The notes under the pieces: generated by a model
Databases searched by the model: none
What the model was told of the DNA's origin: nothing
What the model saw: only the letters and a program-made list of their open reading frames with translations
Made by a program: the position numbers and the translations under genes
DNA from: Lama guanicoe
Taxonomy: Eukaryota
Assembly (NCBI GenBank): GCA_013239625.1
Contig: MU053561.1
Location: forward strand, 1,783,818 to 1,847,817
Direction: 5' to 3'
Length of the DNA: 64,000 bases
Shown here: positions 61,620-64,000 of the stretch, piece after piece
Position numbering within the stretch: position 1 is the stretch's first letter
Layout: each line of letters begins with the position of its first letter

Positions 61620-61991
61620 AGCCCAGGGCTCCTGCGGCGGATCATCCCAGCCTCCCGGGACTTTGGCCCGCCTCACCCGCCGAGCCCCTGGCGAGGGTTG
61701 TCCGGGGATGCCTCTCGGCCGCTTTCCACGCGGAACTTAACCGGCCGCGCCTGCCGCCCGGATGGGACCGCCGGAGTGCTGTGAGAGGCGGGACGGAGGC
61801 CGGGAGGGAAGGCGGGGCGGAGCGGGCCGGGGGCGCGGCGGGAGGCGCGCGGGACTCAGCCGGGGTTGGGGTTCGGGCATAGAGGGTCCGTTCTCTGGAA
61901 GAGTGAACCTGGCTCTTCTAGCCCCGCTGTTGGTTGGGTTTCTTTCGCCCGAGGCGCTGTCAGGGTCGAATTACCCACCAGAAGACAGAGG
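61620..61991 (+). other. GDAP2: Candidate non-coding first exon of the divergent gene (GDAP2 by synteny; no CDS in window)
   Basis: GC-rich segment past the promoter motifs with possible donor GAGG|gtaggc at 61992. Identity is from recalled gene order only. Confidence 0.4.
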
Positions 61992-64000
61992 GTAGGCAGA
62001 CCCGGGCACTAGGGACAGTGGTGCGTAGCCCCCTGGGGAGGTGCGCGCCCTGGGGTGCAGGGAAAATAGGGCGGCCGGGAGCTCTGCGGGTTATAGCCCC
62101 AGAGTCGGAGTCTGTGTGGTCGCCCGTGTGGACTGGACGTCCCACGGACCGAGACCCGCTCGAATCAGGGCTGGATGGGCGCTGAGCCCAGGATGCTGAG
62201 TTGTCTGGATCCCCGCAGTCCCTGGAGTGACATTGCTCTGGCTTTCTGTTTCCGCTCCTTGAAAGCTTGAGGGGGAAGTGACCAGGGCTGACTCCTCGCT
62301 TGGTAATTGAGGTTTTAGGTGCTTTGTCACCAAGCGGGAATTGGCTTTTCTCTCTTGCAGTTCCGTCTGATTTTATTCTTGGGCTGCACAGAAGTGTTCA
62401 GAAATGAGTTCTGATGTGTGTAGCTGGAAAATTAAAGTTAACGTATAGGTATATAAAAGAAATAAGACCTTGCCTCCACTTTTTGTACAAGGTATCTGCA
62501 GTCAACCTAGCAATTAGACATTATCTGATTTTTTTTCAGACATTTCTCAGACATTCCTTGAATTTTTAAGACATGTTCAGCTAGTCTTCCATAGTCAAGA
62601 AAATTGCAATAGTAGAGAATGGATACAATCAGACTGTGAATAGATGTAGCAGTGTAAGTGTTTTGAAACAAGATTACTGTGGGTTGGATGAATGAGAAAG
62701 GAGGAAATTGTGGCAACCAATTTATTTCAGTAAATCTGATGAGGAAGGGCGCATTTAAGTGTGTATGGTTAATACCGCCTATAGATGATGTGCATTATTA
62801 TATATATGAAAAATGTGTGTATATGAGGGGAAAATGTGTGCTTCAGTAGAAAACTTTAGATTCCATTTTGACAACACCCCTTGGATTATCTGAGTCTAAG
62901 GAATGTACATAGCTGTGTAAACTGTAGATAACTAATATTAATATTGAATAATTTTGTCCATAGACATGAAAATTCTGTTCTCTTAGAGGCTCCGTGGAAG
63001 TTTTGCCTCATGTCCATTTATTTCGACATTCCTGGTTAATGTATATGATCTTGGGACTCCCTTTATCTACTATCTGGCTGATTCCTTTGTGAGTTAATTA
63101 AAATCTTAAACCATGTTCATTTTTGCATTTGAACGAGTCATGATTTTACCTTTTTAAGAAAAAATAATTTAACATTATTAAATAAGGGGAGGGATAAAGA
63201 CAGATGGAAAAATAATTTTAGTAAAAGTTGCTGTAAGAGCAGCTGTGGTTGAGTGCTAAGATAATGCGTCATAGAGTGTGTCTGTAGTTTCTTAAGTTTC
63301 AAATTGCTCAATGTATTAATATTATAACTGAAACATAGTAAAGTTATTTTAATATTGAAGGTGATACTACTAAGTCATCATTAGAGCATGTGCATGGATG
63401 TTTTTGAATGATGGTGTTAAATGACCTGAGACATGACCTAGCTTAGAAATCTTTTTGTTATACTGTATTTATTGTTCACATATTTGACAGCTTCAGTTTT
63501 TCCATCTAAGAAGGTTTCTTTAAAAAAAAAAGTCATTCTTTATTTGCATAGAGTGATTCTTAAGTATAATAGATTTGGTGTTGGGATAGGGATATTGTGC
63601 AGAAATATCTAATTTATCTTAAAGTTTTAAAAATACACAGACATAAAGGATGGTGAACCTATAATTTATAGAAAAGCAGTGACATAGAGCTGGTAATTAA
63701 TGGAGGTCAGAAACATGGACCAACTCTATACTTTTATGCAGGCCTGTCTAATCAGTGTAAGCACTTTGAAGTACAAGTAGACAGATTTAAAGTTCTTATT
63801 TTTCTCTTTTAAATGATATCATTTTCTCTTTATTCAGACAAAAATGATTTTATGGCTAAGGAAGTAGATCTGATCGATTCTGGATTCTTCTGTTTGTTCC
63901 ATGTAAACTTTTGGATCCTGGGACGTAAATGCCTTGTTTCAGGAGACTTTTTTTTACTAAGGTTTTGTGTCTGTTTATGAACCTGTTCAAAATACAAAAC

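Larger units (their letters stand above)
61120..62230. promoter_or_regulatory. CpG island; bidirectional promoter for WDR3 (-) and, by synteny, GDAP2 (+)
   Basis: Dense CpG/GC. ETS CTTCCGG 61499-61505, CRE-like TGACGTAA 61559-61566, inverted CCAAT 61580-61584, Sp1/ETS GGGGCGGAAG 61598-61607. Confidence 0.85.

Noticed and set aside
62230..64000. GDAP2 coding sequence
   Set aside because: No ORF resembling the GDAP2 N-terminus; the first coding exon must lie beyond the window

Overview
Mammalian genomic DNA, not prokaryotic. The tRNA-derived SINE resembles the camelid Vic-1 family and the L1 3' ends look cetartiodactyl, so a camel or alpaca is likely. The window covers the SPAG17-WDR3-GDAP2 block. 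(1) The last 10 coding exons of SPAG17 lie on + (1147..24635). (2) The complete WDR3 (DIP2/UTP12) CDS lies on -, in 26 coding exons (58145..32304). I phased every junction by hand; they total 2832 nt = 943 aa + stop, with all introns GT-AG. (3) A CpG island at ~61.1-62.2 kb is inferred to be the bidirectional promoter shared with GDAP2, whose CDS is not in the window. The rest is mostly interspersed repeats. Best observations: a U12 AT-AC intron in SPAG17 with an in-frame AC/AG tandem acceptor; a probable non-coding SPAG17 terminal exon antisense to WDR3 exon 22; a three-level nest (hAT > MaLR provirus > L1); two TSD-flanked retroposed inserts inside L1s; and a near-perfect 142-bp tandem duplication. 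Gene and repeat names come from my recall of the families, not from database searches. I found no convincing evidence of a wholly new biological system.
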